64,000 nt of DNA from Candidatus Latescibacterota bacterium (GTDB taxonomy: Bacteria > Latescibacterota > UBA2968 > GCA-2709665), in NCBI GenBank assembly GCA_965226795.1, contig CBDDDZ010000005.1:2048001-2112000 (forward strand), in the 5' to 3' direction. Each line of letters opens with the position of its first letter. Within the stretch, counting starts at the first letter, position 1. The notes under the pieces were generated by a model. That model had not been told where the DNA came from, ran no database searches, and was given only the letters and a program-made list of their open reading frames with translations. A program made the position numbers and the translations under genes. This document shows, one piece after another, positions 27,751 to 37,663 of this stretch.

Positions 27751-30700
27751 CTACGGCTTCAACACGTACAGCACGCCGTCTTCGGACGCCGCCGCAATTT
27801 CCGGAATGCCGTCACCGTCCACGTCCGCGGCGGCCATTGTCAGCAACGCGCCACCGGTCTTGAAACGCGCCACCGTCCGTCCATCTCCGTTGGCGAGCAG
27901 GTACACCGTACCGTCCTCCGTTCCCGCCGCCACTTCGGGTTTGCCGTCGCCGTCAAAATCACCCACAGAAATACAACGTACGACCTCCCCGAGATCGGCT
28001 CGCCAGACCTGCGTACGTCCGTCGCCCTTTATCACGTACACGTTGAAGCTCATCGAAGACGCCACGACCTCGTCCAACCCGTCTCCATCCATATCGGCCG
28101 TCACGACCTGAGTGACCTCATCTCCAGTGTTGAACTGCCAGAGGAGCTTGCCGTCTGCGCTCAGGGTGTGGATATGCGTATCTGCCCCCGCGAAGACGAC
28201 TTCCTTCATACCGTCTCCGTCCACGTCGCCCGCCGCGGTGGAATTGGTCCGGGGTCCCGTCCTCGGATGGTAGGACCACCGGATCTCCCCGCTGCCGTCG
28301 ATACAGTGCCATCGGTGATATTCGGTCCCGGCAATCACCTCGTCTCTGCCATCCCCGTCGATGTCCGCCGCGCAGCCCTGGGTGGATGAGTGCACCGTCA
28401 TCTGATACCACAAGAGTCTACCTTCGTGGGTGAACGCGTAGTAACGCCACGACTCCGCTCCGGCGATCACCTCCAGCTTGCCGTCCCCGTCGATATCGCC
28501 GGTGAATACCGTCTTCAACATCGGCGTACGATAGTACAGTGGAATTTCATAGTCCCATATCACCTTTCCCCTTGCACTGAGCACGTAAACCTTCGTATCG
28601 GCAGAGCCGGCAATCACCCGCGTCCTGCCGTCGCACGCCAGGTCCGCCGCCCACACGGAGCGCACCTCGCCTCCTGTCCGGAACCGCCACAGCGCCTCAC
28701 CGTCGCGCAGCGCGCAAACCGATGCGCCCCGGCCGCCCGCCACTACAACATCCGACCCATCCGGCAGCAGTTCCGCCCCGTATAACGAAAGAAACGGCCC
28801 CTCCTCCCGGAACGTCCACATCTCCTTCAACTGACCGACACGACCCCGCCTGGGTTGGATCAACGCCGGTTGCACCACACTCGGACGCACCGTTCGGGAT
28901 GCCGCCCGACGCAACGCCATCACGGAGTCCGGCACCAGGCAGAATCGATGTTCGCCCTTCGGCAACGTAAACGCGACCACGCCGTCGGAAACCGACGCGT
29001 CCACCGGTTTCCCATCCACGGTGACACCCGAACGACCATCCGACCGGAGACACAGCCGGGTGGCATTCCTGGCCATCGCCCGACCTTCACCCCGCACCAG
29101 ATCGTATTCCAAAGACACCGGCTGCTCCGACGTCAGTTCCACGCCGCACCACCGGACCCGTGTACCGTCCATGATCGCAAACCGGGACGGAGACACCAGA
29201 AACTGCACAGCGGCCACGGACGGGCCGTCTGGAATTTCGCTCAGGACATCGAATTCCCCCACGCCGGCGAAGACAACCTCCTCGCCTCCGTCGACCCGGA
29301 CAGCCCCGTCCGCCAGTTGCGTCAGCTTCAAGTTCCGTGTCTTCGGTTCCCCGCCGCAATAAAGCAGATTGAAAAAACGGTACGTCTCACGAGCCTTCAG
29401 ATGCACGTCCACGATCTGCTGCAGAATCCTCACGACCGGATCCGCATGCGGATAGCCCACCCAATTCTTCCCCGTTACGTCGTCATCCTCGAGTCTCAAA
29501 GACGGTCCCTTCAATCCCTGGATGTAAAACCGCTCCCCGTCCTGCTCTACCGCCAGTCCGCCGCCGCGTATGGCCACGTTGCCCAGCGTCTGCCATATCG
29601 CCCTGAATCCATAATCGTCGTCCGACAGCGCCTCCATCTCGTCAATGACGAGAAAAAATCGCCCCCGATTCCAGAGAATATTCCGGTGCCAATCCACCCC
29701 GCTGTAGTTGCGCAGTGTGGTCTCGGAAAAGCCCGACCTGTCGAAATCCGCCGCACGTTCGAGCTCGACAAACGGGGGAATCTCGGCAGACTGTCCATTT
29801 CTGAAAATCAGCACGCCGTTGTGAAACTTGGGAAGGGACTTGATATAGTCACAGTCGGCCAGCCAGATCCGCCGCCTCTGCGTTATCCGGGATATCGAAT
29901 TCCCGTCGTAATGTTTGTGACCGCCGTTGGAGAGCCCGTCCAGAAACAGATACTGCGACATAGGATCGTACCCGTCTCGAAACACCACCTTGTCGAAGGT
30001 CTTCTTCAACGGAAGATGGTCTTTCCCAAGGTTCGAATCGTAATAAAGCGGATCCACCGGGAACACCTGCGTCCCGTCCAGATCCGCCGGTTCCACGGGG
30101 GACACACGCCTGTGATATTCATACGCGGCAAATTGAGGTTCGACGGCTGTCTTCTTGTCCAGCATCCACTGATAGCGCTCATCCCCCAGCACAAAAACCG
30201 CCGCCCTCAGATAGGGCAATTCGCTCCACCAGCCGAACGGCGACGCATTGTCTCCATATGGAAGCGCATAACCCAGGTTGTCCGTTGTCAGAATGGAATA
30301 GTCCGCGGCCTTCCGTGCGCAACCATTCTCGAAAAACGTCATATCTCCGCTGGAAAGCGAATACCTGGCGAGATGATAGTGGGTCAGCCATTGGTACCCG
30401 CTGCAATCTTCGTGGGGCTTGAACGCCTTCGCCTGGAACCGGAAACACTCGTCGGACAGCTCAAGCCAGGCATCCGCCTCCGGCAACCCGTAATATTTCC
30501 GATAGTATGTGCCCGCGTAATGCAGCCCCAGCGCGGCGAACGTGGTGTGGTTGTGCCTGACATGGGGTATCTTCATATTGCCCACGTGTGGCACGCAATC
30601 GTTGATGAATTCAAACAGGATCCGGGTAATCTCCAGCCGGTCGTCCTCCGAAATTACCGGACTTTCCTCCACGAGATCCCAACCCGGTATCACCTTGTAA

Positions 30701-31449
30701 AGGGCGAAATCCGCGTCGAACCCCCAGATACCGCCGTAGTTGTCCGGGCCGGACATCGCGTGTTTGTACATCCGATAAACGAGGCGTTTGTAAAGCTCCG
30801 CGTAGGCGTCTTTTCCCGTCAGCCCGTACAACAACCCCCGTTCGCCAATCCGGCCCCAGAGGCCTGTGTGTTCGCCCCGGCGCAGCGCCTCCTCCGCGGC
30901 CTCCATCTCCGAATCGACGTCGGGCTCGTCTTCAAGTTTTGGAATCCTCAAAGCTTCCGGGCCGAAACGGACGTCGAAAAGCGGCCCGGTCGAAAGCGTC
31001 TTTTCACCATCCAACGTCTCCGTGAACCGGCCGACCGCCGCGCGGACGCCTTCCAGGTCGCTGCCGAACAGCCCCACGGCGTTCTTGCCGTTCCCCCACG
31101 GGTCGTGGATGGTCTGAACGAGATACCCCCCTCGCCCCGGATACACGTCATCCGCAGGGGTATAGTTGTATCCGTAGAGACGAAATACCACGCGGTTCGT
31201 ATTCACGTTCCCCAGCAGAAGCAGATGCCGGTCCGGAGGCGTTGTCGCGTCCGAATCCGTAATCATGGGGACGTTTGCGCCGGAGAGATCCCGAATCCGG
31301 GCCTGCAACTCGGAAGCCAATTCCCGGTAACGAGGATCCTCGGGACAGACGATTGCCGACACGGCTTCGCCGCGTTTCACCAGCATCGTGTCCGGGTAGC
31401 GTTTCTTGGGCCGCTTCGGTTTCCGAAGGGACTCTTTCTTGTCCGGCAT
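27751..31449 (-). CDS. Large heparinase II/III-like lyase with a C-terminal FG-GAP/PQQ-like beta-propeller
   Basis: HNHT, GHKHYDGNSI and HNGVLI motifs; six DxDGDGxxE(V/I) repeats. Start MPDKK follows AAAGGA. Confidence 0.7.
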   Translation of the reverse strand: MPDKKESLRKPKRPKKRYPDTMLVKRGEAVSAIVCPEDPRYRELASELQARIRDLSGANVPMITDSDATTPPDRHLLLLGNVNTNRVVFRLYGYNYTPADDVYPGRGGYLVQTIHDPWGNGKNAVGLFGSDLEGVRAAVGRFTETLDGEKTLSTGPLFDVRFGPEALRIPKLEDEPDVDSEMEAAEEALRRGEHTGLWGRIGERGLLYGLTGKDAYAELYKRLVYRMYKHAMSGPDNYGGIWGFDADFALYKVIPGWDLVEESPVISEDDRLEITRILFEFINDCVPHVGNMKIPHVRHNHTTFAALGLHYAGTYYRKYYGLPEADAWLELSDECFRFQAKAFKPHEDCSGYQWLTHYHLARYSLSSGDMTFFENGCARKAADYSILTTDNLGYALPYGDNASPFGWWSELPYLRAAVFVLGDERYQWMLDKKTAVEPQFAAYEYHRRVSPVEPADLDGTQVFPVDPLYYDSNLGKDHLPLKKTFDKVVFRDGYDPMSQYLFLDGLSNGGHKHYDGNSISRITQRRRIWLADCDYIKSLPKFHNGVLIFRNGQSAEIPPFVELERAADFDRSGFSETTLRNYSGVDWHRNILWNRGRFFLVIDEMEALSDDDYGFRAIWQTLGNVAIRGGGLAVEQDGERFYIQGLKGPSLRLEDDDVTGKNWVGYPHADPVVRILQQIVDVHLKARETYRFFNLLYCGGEPKTRNLKLTQLADGAVRVDGGEEVVFAGVGEFDVLSEIPDGPSVAAVQFLVSPSRFAIMDGTRVRWCGVELTSEQPVSLEYDLVRGEGRAMARNATRLCLRSDGRSGVTVDGKPVDASVSDGVVAFTLPKGEHRFCLVPDSVMALRRAASRTVRPSVVQPALIQPRRGRVGQLKEMWTFREEGPFLSLYGAELLPDGSDVVVAGGRGASVCALRDGEALWRFRTGGEVRSVWAADLACDGRTRVIAGSADTKVYVLSARGKVIWDYEIPLYYRTPMLKTVFTGDIDGDGKLEVIAGAESWRYYAFTHEGRLLWYQMTVHSSTQGCAADIDGDGRDEVIAGTEYHRWHCIDGSGEIRWSYHPRTGPRTNSTAAGDVDGDGMKEVVFAGADTHIHTLSADGKLLWQFNTGDEVTQVVTADMDGDGLDEVVASSMSFNVYVIKGDGRTQVWRADLGEVVRCISVGDFDGDGKPEVAAGTEDGTVYLLANGDGRTVARFKTGGALLTMAAADVDGDGIPEIAAASEDGVLYVLKP

Positions 31450-31520
31450 GGGTTCGTCCTTTCGTATACACCATTTATGGATCAGCGCGCCGGATCTTCG
31501 AAGTCCGTCGCGAACAGGGC

Positions 31521-31731
31521 CTGGTGTTCTGTCCCTGAAACAGATTGCCGAAATTCGGCCGCCGAGTCGCGCGGCTCGCAGGCGCCTGAGGCGGGAACGC
31601 AGCGAGACGGGATGAACCGGCGGAGGCGCCTGAGCAAGACGACCTGCGCAAGGTCGGCGAGTGAAGGGAACGCAGCGAGACGGGATGAACCGGCGGATGA
31701 ATGGTGACATATTTCTGGGACGGGACACTAG
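31521..31731. mobile_element. MITE-like non-autonomous element (~211 bp)
   Basis: Imperfect terminal inverted repeats CTGGTGTTCTGTCCCTGAAACA / CTAGTGTCCCGTCCCAGAAATA (17/22); internal 32-bp direct repeat (31593-31624 = 31666-31697); second copy at 22351. Confidence 0.65.
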
Positions 31732-32423
31732 ATCTCCACGTATTTTTCAAACAGGAACAGTCCGATCAGCAAAAAGACCAGGCCGGCAAGAACCGTGTAC
31801 GCCATCAACGCCTCGCCCGTCGACAGATAACCCTGCAATGCGTCCACAAAGGAACCCGCCGCCGTCAGATAAATGACGATACATGAAACAAATGAAGCGG
31901 CCGCCGCGAGACCTCTGAGGCGCGCGGCCGTGTACTTGACGCCCTCCGTGGCTGTCACAACGCCAAGCGACAGTAACACATAAGAAGCGAAAAATCCCGC
32001 GGCGTATCCGGATACCGTGGAGGCCGTGACGCCGAAATAGCTCAGAATCTGGGATACAGCTTCATGGGGGGCGCGTGCAACGACAATGTATACGCCTGTA
32101 CCCGCGATCGAGAACAGCAGGAGGCCGATACTCAGAATTGCGGCAAATTTGCACAGGCCTACAACACCGGTCCGGATGGGAAGGGCAAAGAGCAGATAGT
32201 TCGTATTGCCACGCCATTCCCCGTTAAACGAAGAAGCCAGCAGGAATGGCAGGACGAACATGATCGCCCATAGGGGCAATGCTGAAAAAAACAGAGCGAT
32301 CATCTGTGTCTCAACGGACAGCAAGACCCACCCCTGCAACACCAGGGTACCGATCACAAGGAAGCAGGAGACATTCTTTGCGTCTTTTAATTCCTTGAGA
32401 TACAGTGCAAAAAACATCCTCAT
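31728..32423 (-). CDS. ABC-2-type transporter permease-like membrane protein
   Basis: About six hydrophobic segments; EWRGNTNYLLFALP; downstream of the ABC ATPase. Confidence 0.75.
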   Translation of the reverse strand: MRMFFALYLKELKDAKNVSCFLVIGTLVLQGWVLLSVETQMIALFFSALPLWAIMFVLPFLLASSFNGEWRGNTNYLLFALPIRTGVVGLCKFAAILSIGLLLFSIAGTGVYIVVARAPHEAVSQILSYFGVTASTVSGYAAGFFASYVLLSLGVVTATEGVKYTAARLRGLAAAASFVSCIVIYLTAAGSFVDALQGYLSTGEALMAYTVLAGLVFLLIGLFLFEKYVEI

Positions 32424-32442
32424 ACGCAGCTTCCTTCAACCT

Positions 32443-33132
32443 TCAATCAGCCGCCATTTCAAAAATTTCAGAGAGAGACTTCCCGTGGTCCTGTTGCAGC
32501 TGAACGGCCCGGCCCGAAATACAAATCTCTCCGTCCCGCAGAAGCACCACATCCTCGATAAACGGCTCGACCTCGGATACCAGATGGGTCGAAATCAGAA
32601 TCGTCTGCTCTGCCCGCCGGAAATCGTTGAAGAGGCCCTCAAGGATTCGCTTTCGGGACGGAGGATCGATGCCGCCCAGGGGTTCGTCCATCAGCACCAC
32701 GTCCGGGGACCAGGAAAATGCAGACACCACCTTCAGCCTCGCCCGCTGGCCGCGTGAGAGGGCGCCCACCTTCCGATCTTCCGGCAGATTCATGAATTTC
32801 AGCAGGCTTCCGGCTTTCCGCGCATCCCAGGTAGAATAGAAAGCCGAAAGGAAATCCAGTTGTTCGCCCACCTTCATCCAGGAATAAAACGGATCGATCT
32901 CAGGCAGATAGGACACCATTCGCTTTGAAGCGGGCCCTGCCGGAATCTCTCCAATCACCGCCCGTCCGCGGGTGGGCCGCGTGACTCCGGCGAGAATCCG
33001 GAACAACGTACTCTTCCCGCTGCCGTTTTCACCCAGCACGCCCAGAACCCCTCCGCGCGCCACCGTTAGCGACACACCCTTGAGCGCCCACGCGCCCGGG
33101 TACTTTTTCCAGAGGTCTTCGACGTAAACCAT
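32443..33132 (-). CDS. ABC transporter ATP-binding protein
   Basis: GENGSGKS, LSRGQ, LMDEP and H-loop ISTH. Confidence 0.92.
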   Translation of the reverse strand: MVYVEDLWKKYPGAWALKGVSLTVARGGVLGVLGENGSGKSTLFRILAGVTRPTRGRAVIGEIPAGPASKRMVSYLPEIDPFYSWMKVGEQLDFLSAFYSTWDARKAGSLLKFMNLPEDRKVGALSRGQRARLKVVSAFSWSPDVVLMDEPLGGIDPPSRKRILEGLFNDFRRAEQTILISTHLVSEVEPFIEDVVLLRDGEICISGRAVQLQQDHGKSLSEIFEMAAD

Positions 33133-33227
33133 CGGTGCAAGTCCCCGGACAGAAAAAAGGCCGCCCCGGTACCCGTCCCAGAAGCGGCCGACTTCAGATC
33201 GCAACCTGACACTCACGCCAGCGGGAT

Positions 33228-33707
33228 TCAGCGTAAATCGCGATCGATCAGGAACAGCCCGTATCGATCATCACCCACAAGTTCAAGCTTTTTCACAATG
33301 GAGCGAAGCCGCGCCTCCTCCTCCACCTGCTCGTTGACGAACCACTGCAAAAACGTGTTGGTCGCGTGGGCACGGTTCTTCATTGCCAGATCGACCAGAT
33401 TGTCGATCCGTCCGCTGGCTTCCTGTTCCCGCCGATATGCCTCGGAAATCGCGTCCAGCGGAGAACCCCAATCCGCAGGGGGTTCAGGAATTGATTTGAA
33501 CCCGACCGACAACTCCCGTTCGTGCACGAATTCGCAAATTTTCATTGCGTGCATCATCTCGCGCAGGGCCTGCTTGCGCATCCACCTGGCAAATCCGTTC
33601 AGATTTATCGACTTAAAATAGGAGGACATGGCCAGATAGGTATACCAGGCGAAAAATTCGCTGTTGACCTGCTCGTCCAGCGCCGACTGAATCTCCTTGC
33701 TAACCAT
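33228..33707 (-). CDS. Non-haem ferritin
   Basis: QVNSEFFAWYTYLAMS, EMMHA and FLQWFVNEQVEEE. Confidence 0.9.
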   Translation of the reverse strand: MVSKEIQSALDEQVNSEFFAWYTYLAMSSYFKSINLNGFARWMRKQALREMMHAMKICEFVHERELSVGFKSIPEPPADWGSPLDAISEAYRREQEASGRIDNLVDLAMKNRAHATNTFLQWFVNEQVEEEARLRSIVKKLELVGDDRYGLFLIDRDLR

Positions 33708-33922
33708 CAACGCCCCCTGTGGCTTTTTGGACGGAAACATCCCCGGCTACTGTCAACGCCGGTACCCACCCTCCGTTGAATCCAAGGGTGCAGCCGTTCG
33801 GCCACCCGGTTGGGACATTTGCGCCCCATTGCGGAGAGTGTCCACCTTCTGAATCCGGGATCGAGGGACCGCATCCCTATCGGATTGTCGACCAGGCATG
33901 CAGTATGCGTCGGCCGTGAGGC

Positions 33923-34276
33923 CTATTGGGTCGCCGGGACTTTGCAACAATCCGGCAAATTTGCGTAGGCCACGCTATCGGCAGGGGCCTGATTTGCCTG
34001 ATAACCCGCCTGGGCAATCGCCTGTTCCATCGTTGCGGTGTCCGTACGCTTCGCATCGTAGGTCACGCTGACAACCTTGATATCCATATTAACATCCACC
34101 TTTTTCACGCCATCCACTTGTTTCAGGGCCATGTCAATCTTATTCGCGCACATCATGCACTGCGCAGTAGGCACGTTGATTTTGGCCGTGCGGGTTTCCG
34201 CCGTGGAACATGCTGTGACGGCGAGAAGGCAGAACGCGAGCACGTTGGAAAGCAGGATGGAAGTGGTCTTGCGCAT
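33923..34276 (-). CDS. Exported heavy-metal-associated (HMA) domain protein
   Basis: Lipoprotein-like signal, CxxC (CMMC) and C-terminal LPDCC. Confidence 0.85.
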   Translation of the reverse strand: MRKTTSILLSNVLAFCLLAVTACSTAETRTAKINVPTAQCMMCANKIDMALKQVDGVKKVDVNMDIKVVSVTYDAKRTDTATMEQAIAQAGYQANQAPADSVAYANLPDCCKVPATQ

Positions 34277-34366
34277 GGATCTAACTCCTTTGAAGAATGG
34301 GAAAGCCCGACGGCTTCACAAAATTTACTCCGTTAACTCGGAATATATGACAACACTCGTCAACAA

Positions 34367-37300
34367 TCAACTCTGATCCTTCAACGATCGCCCCTTCCAC
34401 AACGCGTATACCGCGGGAATCACGATCAACGTCAGAAGCGCGGACGAAGCGACGCCGCCGACCATCGGCGCCGCAATACGCTTCATTGTCTGCGACCCGA
34501 TCCCGTGCCCCCACATGATGGGCGCCAACCCCAAAAGTGTCGTCAGCACGGTCATCATTTTCGGCCGGACGCGTTCCACCGCACCGGCGACAACCGCTCT
34601 CCTGAGATCCGAGACGTTCATCTCCTCTCCCCGCTCCGTGCGTATGCGGTCGTACGCCTGATCCAGGTAAACCAGCATGACGACGCCCGTCTCCGCAGCC
34701 AGACCGCCCAGTGCGATGAATCCGACGCCAACGGCAACGCTCATATCGTAATCCAGCAGGTACATCAACCAGATGCCGCCCACCATCGCGAAGGGCACGG
34801 ACAGCATGACAATAAGGCTTTCCGATATGTTCCCAAAGTTGAGATACAACAGCAGGAAGATGATTCCAAGGGTAAGAGGCACGACCAGTTTCAATCGCTT
34901 TTCCGCCCTCTGCATGTACTCGTATTGCCCGCTCCAGGATACCGAATAGCCCGGCGGCATTGACACCTTCTCCAGCACCGCCTGTTGCGCGCGTTTCACG
35001 TAGGTTCCAACGTCGATGCCCTGGATATCCACGTACACCCAGGCATTCAGACGCGCGTTCTCGGTCTTGATTCCCGGCGGTCCTTTTCTGATGCGGATAT
35101 CTGCAAGCTGCTGAATGGGAATCTGGGCGCCGGTGGGCGTCGGCACCAGCACCCGGCGCAGCGCCGGCAGGTTGTCACGCAGTTCCCTGTCATAACGCAA
35201 ATTGACCGGATAGCGTTCCAAACCCTCGACCGTTGTTGTTATATTCATCCCCCCGACGGCGAACATAAGCACGTCCTGCACGTCCCCCACCGTGAGCCCA
35301 TAACGCGCGGCCTCCTTACGGTCGATGTCGAAGTCCAGATAGTTCCCGCCCACAACCCGTTCGGCATACACGCTCAGGGTACCCGGGAGATTTCGAATCA
35401 CCCTCTCGATCTGTTCACCCAGGCGCTGCAGGACCTCCAGATCCTCGCCCGCGATCTTGACACCCACCGGCGTCTTGATCCCCGTTGACAACATATCGAT
35501 TCGCGTCTTGATCGGCATTGTCCACGAGTTGGTCAGGCCGGGGAACTGAATCGCCCGGTTCAACCGGTCGATTAACTTTTCAGGCGTCATGCCCGGGCGC
35601 CATTCGCTCTCCGGCTTCAACGTTATCGTGGTCTCGATCATCGCGAGCGGCGCCGGATCCGTTGCGGTCTCGGCCCGCCCGATCTTGCCGAATACGTCCC
35701 GGACCTCCGGAAACGTCTTGATGATTTTGTCCGTCTGCTGTAGCAATTCACGTGCCCTGGTCACCGAAATTCCCGGCAGGGTGGTGGGCATGTAGAGAAG
35801 GTCTCCTTCATAGAGGGGCGGCATGAACTCGGAACCGATCTTATCCACCGGAAACAGACGGTCCAGCCTTACAAGCGCCCGATACGCGAGGCTGCGTGGC
35901 GCATCCGAAAACCGCTCGAGCACGATACTCCGGAATGGGAAGACCGTAATGAACATCACGGCGCCCGCCAGCACAAGCGTGGCGACCCTGTTTCTCAAAA
36001 CCCATTCGATTACCGGACGATAGGTCCAGATGAAAAACCTGCTGATGGGGTTCCGCGCCTCGGGCCGGATTCTGCCCCTTACAAAAAAGCTCACCAGCAC
36101 GGGAACGACCGTGATGGCGAGCAACGCCGCGCCGCCCATCGCGAACGTCTTTGTATAGGCCAGCGGCTTGAACAAACGGCCCTCCTGGGCCTGAAGCGTG
36201 AACACCGGAAGAAACGAGACCGTTATGATCAGAAGCGAATAGAACAGCGCAGGTCCTACCTCCTTTGAAGCGCGAGCGATGATCTCGAGATGGCCTCGCT
36301 GCCCGTTGTTCTGCTCAAGATGTTTATGGGCGTTCTCAATCATCACGATCGACGCGTCGACCATCGCGCCGATGGCAACCGCGATCCCCCCGAGCGACAT
36401 GATATTGGAATTCAACCCTTGTGTGTACATCATGCCGAACGAGATCAGCACGCCGATTGACAGCGCGAATATCGCCACGAATGCGCTGCGAAAATGCAAC
36501 AGGAACACGACGCAGACCACCGCCACCACCGCCATTTCCTCGATCAGCTTGGTTCGCAGATTGCCGATGGCGAGACGTATCAACGCGGACCGATCATAGG
36601 CAGCCTTTATCGAAACGCCTTCGGGCAGGCCCGGTTTGAGCGAGTCGATCTTCTCTTTCACCCGGTCGATCACGTCCAGGGCGTTTTCACCGTAGCGCAT
36701 GACGACAATCCCGCCCACAACCTCACCCTCACCGTTCCACTCCGCCAGGCCCCGGCGCAACTCCGGACCCAGCTGTACAGTGGCGATATCTCCAACCCGG
36801 ACAGGCGTACCCCGGGCATCGACCCCCAACCCGATATTGCGGATATCCTCCAGCGATCGAATATAGCCCAGCCCGCGCACCATAAACTCCGTTTCCCCGA
36901 ATTCCACGGTTCGCCCGCCCACGTCGTTATTGCTCCGACGGATTGCCGTCTGCACCTTCTGCAATGGAATATTGTACGCCAGCAACCGGTTCGGATCCAC
37001 GGTTACCTGGTACTGCTTCACGTACCCGCCCACAGCCGCCACCTCCGCCACACCCGGGACGCTGCTGAGTTCGTAGCGCAGGTACCAGTCCTGGATGGAT
37101 CGCAGTTCCGAAAGATCACGGCGTCCGGTGCTGTCAACCAAAACGTATTCGTACACCCATCCGACCCCCGTCGCGTCCGGCCCCAGCCGCGGCGCGACAC
37201 CCGTCGGCAGCCGATTCATTACGGTGTTGAGCGCCTCCAGAACCCGACTCCTGGCCCAGTAAATATCCGTACCATCCTCGAAAATCACGTAAACGAACGA

Positions 37301-37570
37301 CAACCCGAAGAAGGAGTATCCCCGCACAACCCGTGCATGGGGTACGGCCAGCATCGCGGAGGTGAGGGGGTAGGTAACCTGATCCTCCACCACCTGCGGC
37401 GCCTGTCCCTGAAAATCGGTCATCACGATCACCTGCACGTCCGACAGATCCGGAATCGCGTCCAGAGGCGTGTTCAACATCCCGTAAACACCCCAGGCGA
37501 TTGCAAAAACCGCGGCTATCACGATTAGAAAGCGGTTTCGGAGACTGAGTTCTATCATCTGACCAATCAT
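34367..37570 (-). CDS. cusA: CusA/SilA-type heavy-metal RND efflux pump
   Basis: DAIPDLSDVQV, GPDATGVGW, EFMPPLYEGDLLYMP, WTMPIKTRIDML and RVRPKMMT. Confidence 0.93.
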   Translation of the reverse strand: MIGQMIELSLRNRFLIVIAAVFAIAWGVYGMLNTPLDAIPDLSDVQVIVMTDFQGQAPQVVEDQVTYPLTSAMLAVPHARVVRGYSFFGLSFVYVIFEDGTDIYWARSRVLEALNTVMNRLPTGVAPRLGPDATGVGWVYEYVLVDSTGRRDLSELRSIQDWYLRYELSSVPGVAEVAAVGGYVKQYQVTVDPNRLLAYNIPLQKVQTAIRRSNNDVGGRTVEFGETEFMVRGLGYIRSLEDIRNIGLGVDARGTPVRVGDIATVQLGPELRRGLAEWNGEGEVVGGIVVMRYGENALDVIDRVKEKIDSLKPGLPEGVSIKAAYDRSALIRLAIGNLRTKLIEEMAVVAVVCVVFLLHFRSAFVAIFALSIGVLISFGMMYTQGLNSNIMSLGGIAVAIGAMVDASIVMIENAHKHLEQNNGQRGHLEIIARASKEVGPALFYSLLIITVSFLPVFTLQAQEGRLFKPLAYTKTFAMGGAALLAITVVPVLVSFFVRGRIRPEARNPISRFFIWTYRPVIEWVLRNRVATLVLAGAVMFITVFPFRSIVLERFSDAPRSLAYRALVRLDRLFPVDKIGSEFMPPLYEGDLLYMPTTLPGISVTRARELLQQTDKIIKTFPEVRDVFGKIGRAETATDPAPLAMIETTITLKPESEWRPGMTPEKLIDRLNRAIQFPGLTNSWTMPIKTRIDMLSTGIKTPVGVKIAGEDLEVLQRLGEQIERVIRNLPGTLSVYAERVVGGNYLDFDIDRKEAARYGLTVGDVQDVLMFAVGGMNITTTVEGLERYPVNLRYDRELRDNLPALRRVLVPTPTGAQIPIQQLADIRIRKGPPGIKTENARLNAWVYVDIQGIDVGTYVKRAQQAVLEKVSMPPGYSVSWSGQYEYMQRAEKRLKLVVPLTLGIIFLLLYLNFGNISESLIVMLSVPFAMVGGIWLMYLLDYDMSVAVGVGFIALGGLAAETGVVMLVYLDQAYDRIRTERGEEMNVSDLRRAVVAGAVERVRPKMMTVLTTLLGLAPIMWGHGIGSQTMKRIAAPMVGGVASSALLTLIVIPAVYALWKGRSLKDQS

Positions 37571-37663
37571 ACGATCAACTTTCGTTTGGAGTTCAACGTT
37601 CGGCATATGAGATATAAACTTCAACCCGGGTTCCGCGTCAGAACCCGCTTATGGATCCCTTTC

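Noticed and set aside
28855..31707. 950-aa plus-strand ORF
   Set aside because: Antisense shadow of the lyase-like gene.
31450..31728. 93-aa N-terminal extension of the 1325-aa ORF
   Set aside because: It reads through the MITE-like repeat; the ATG at 31449 has a better RBS.
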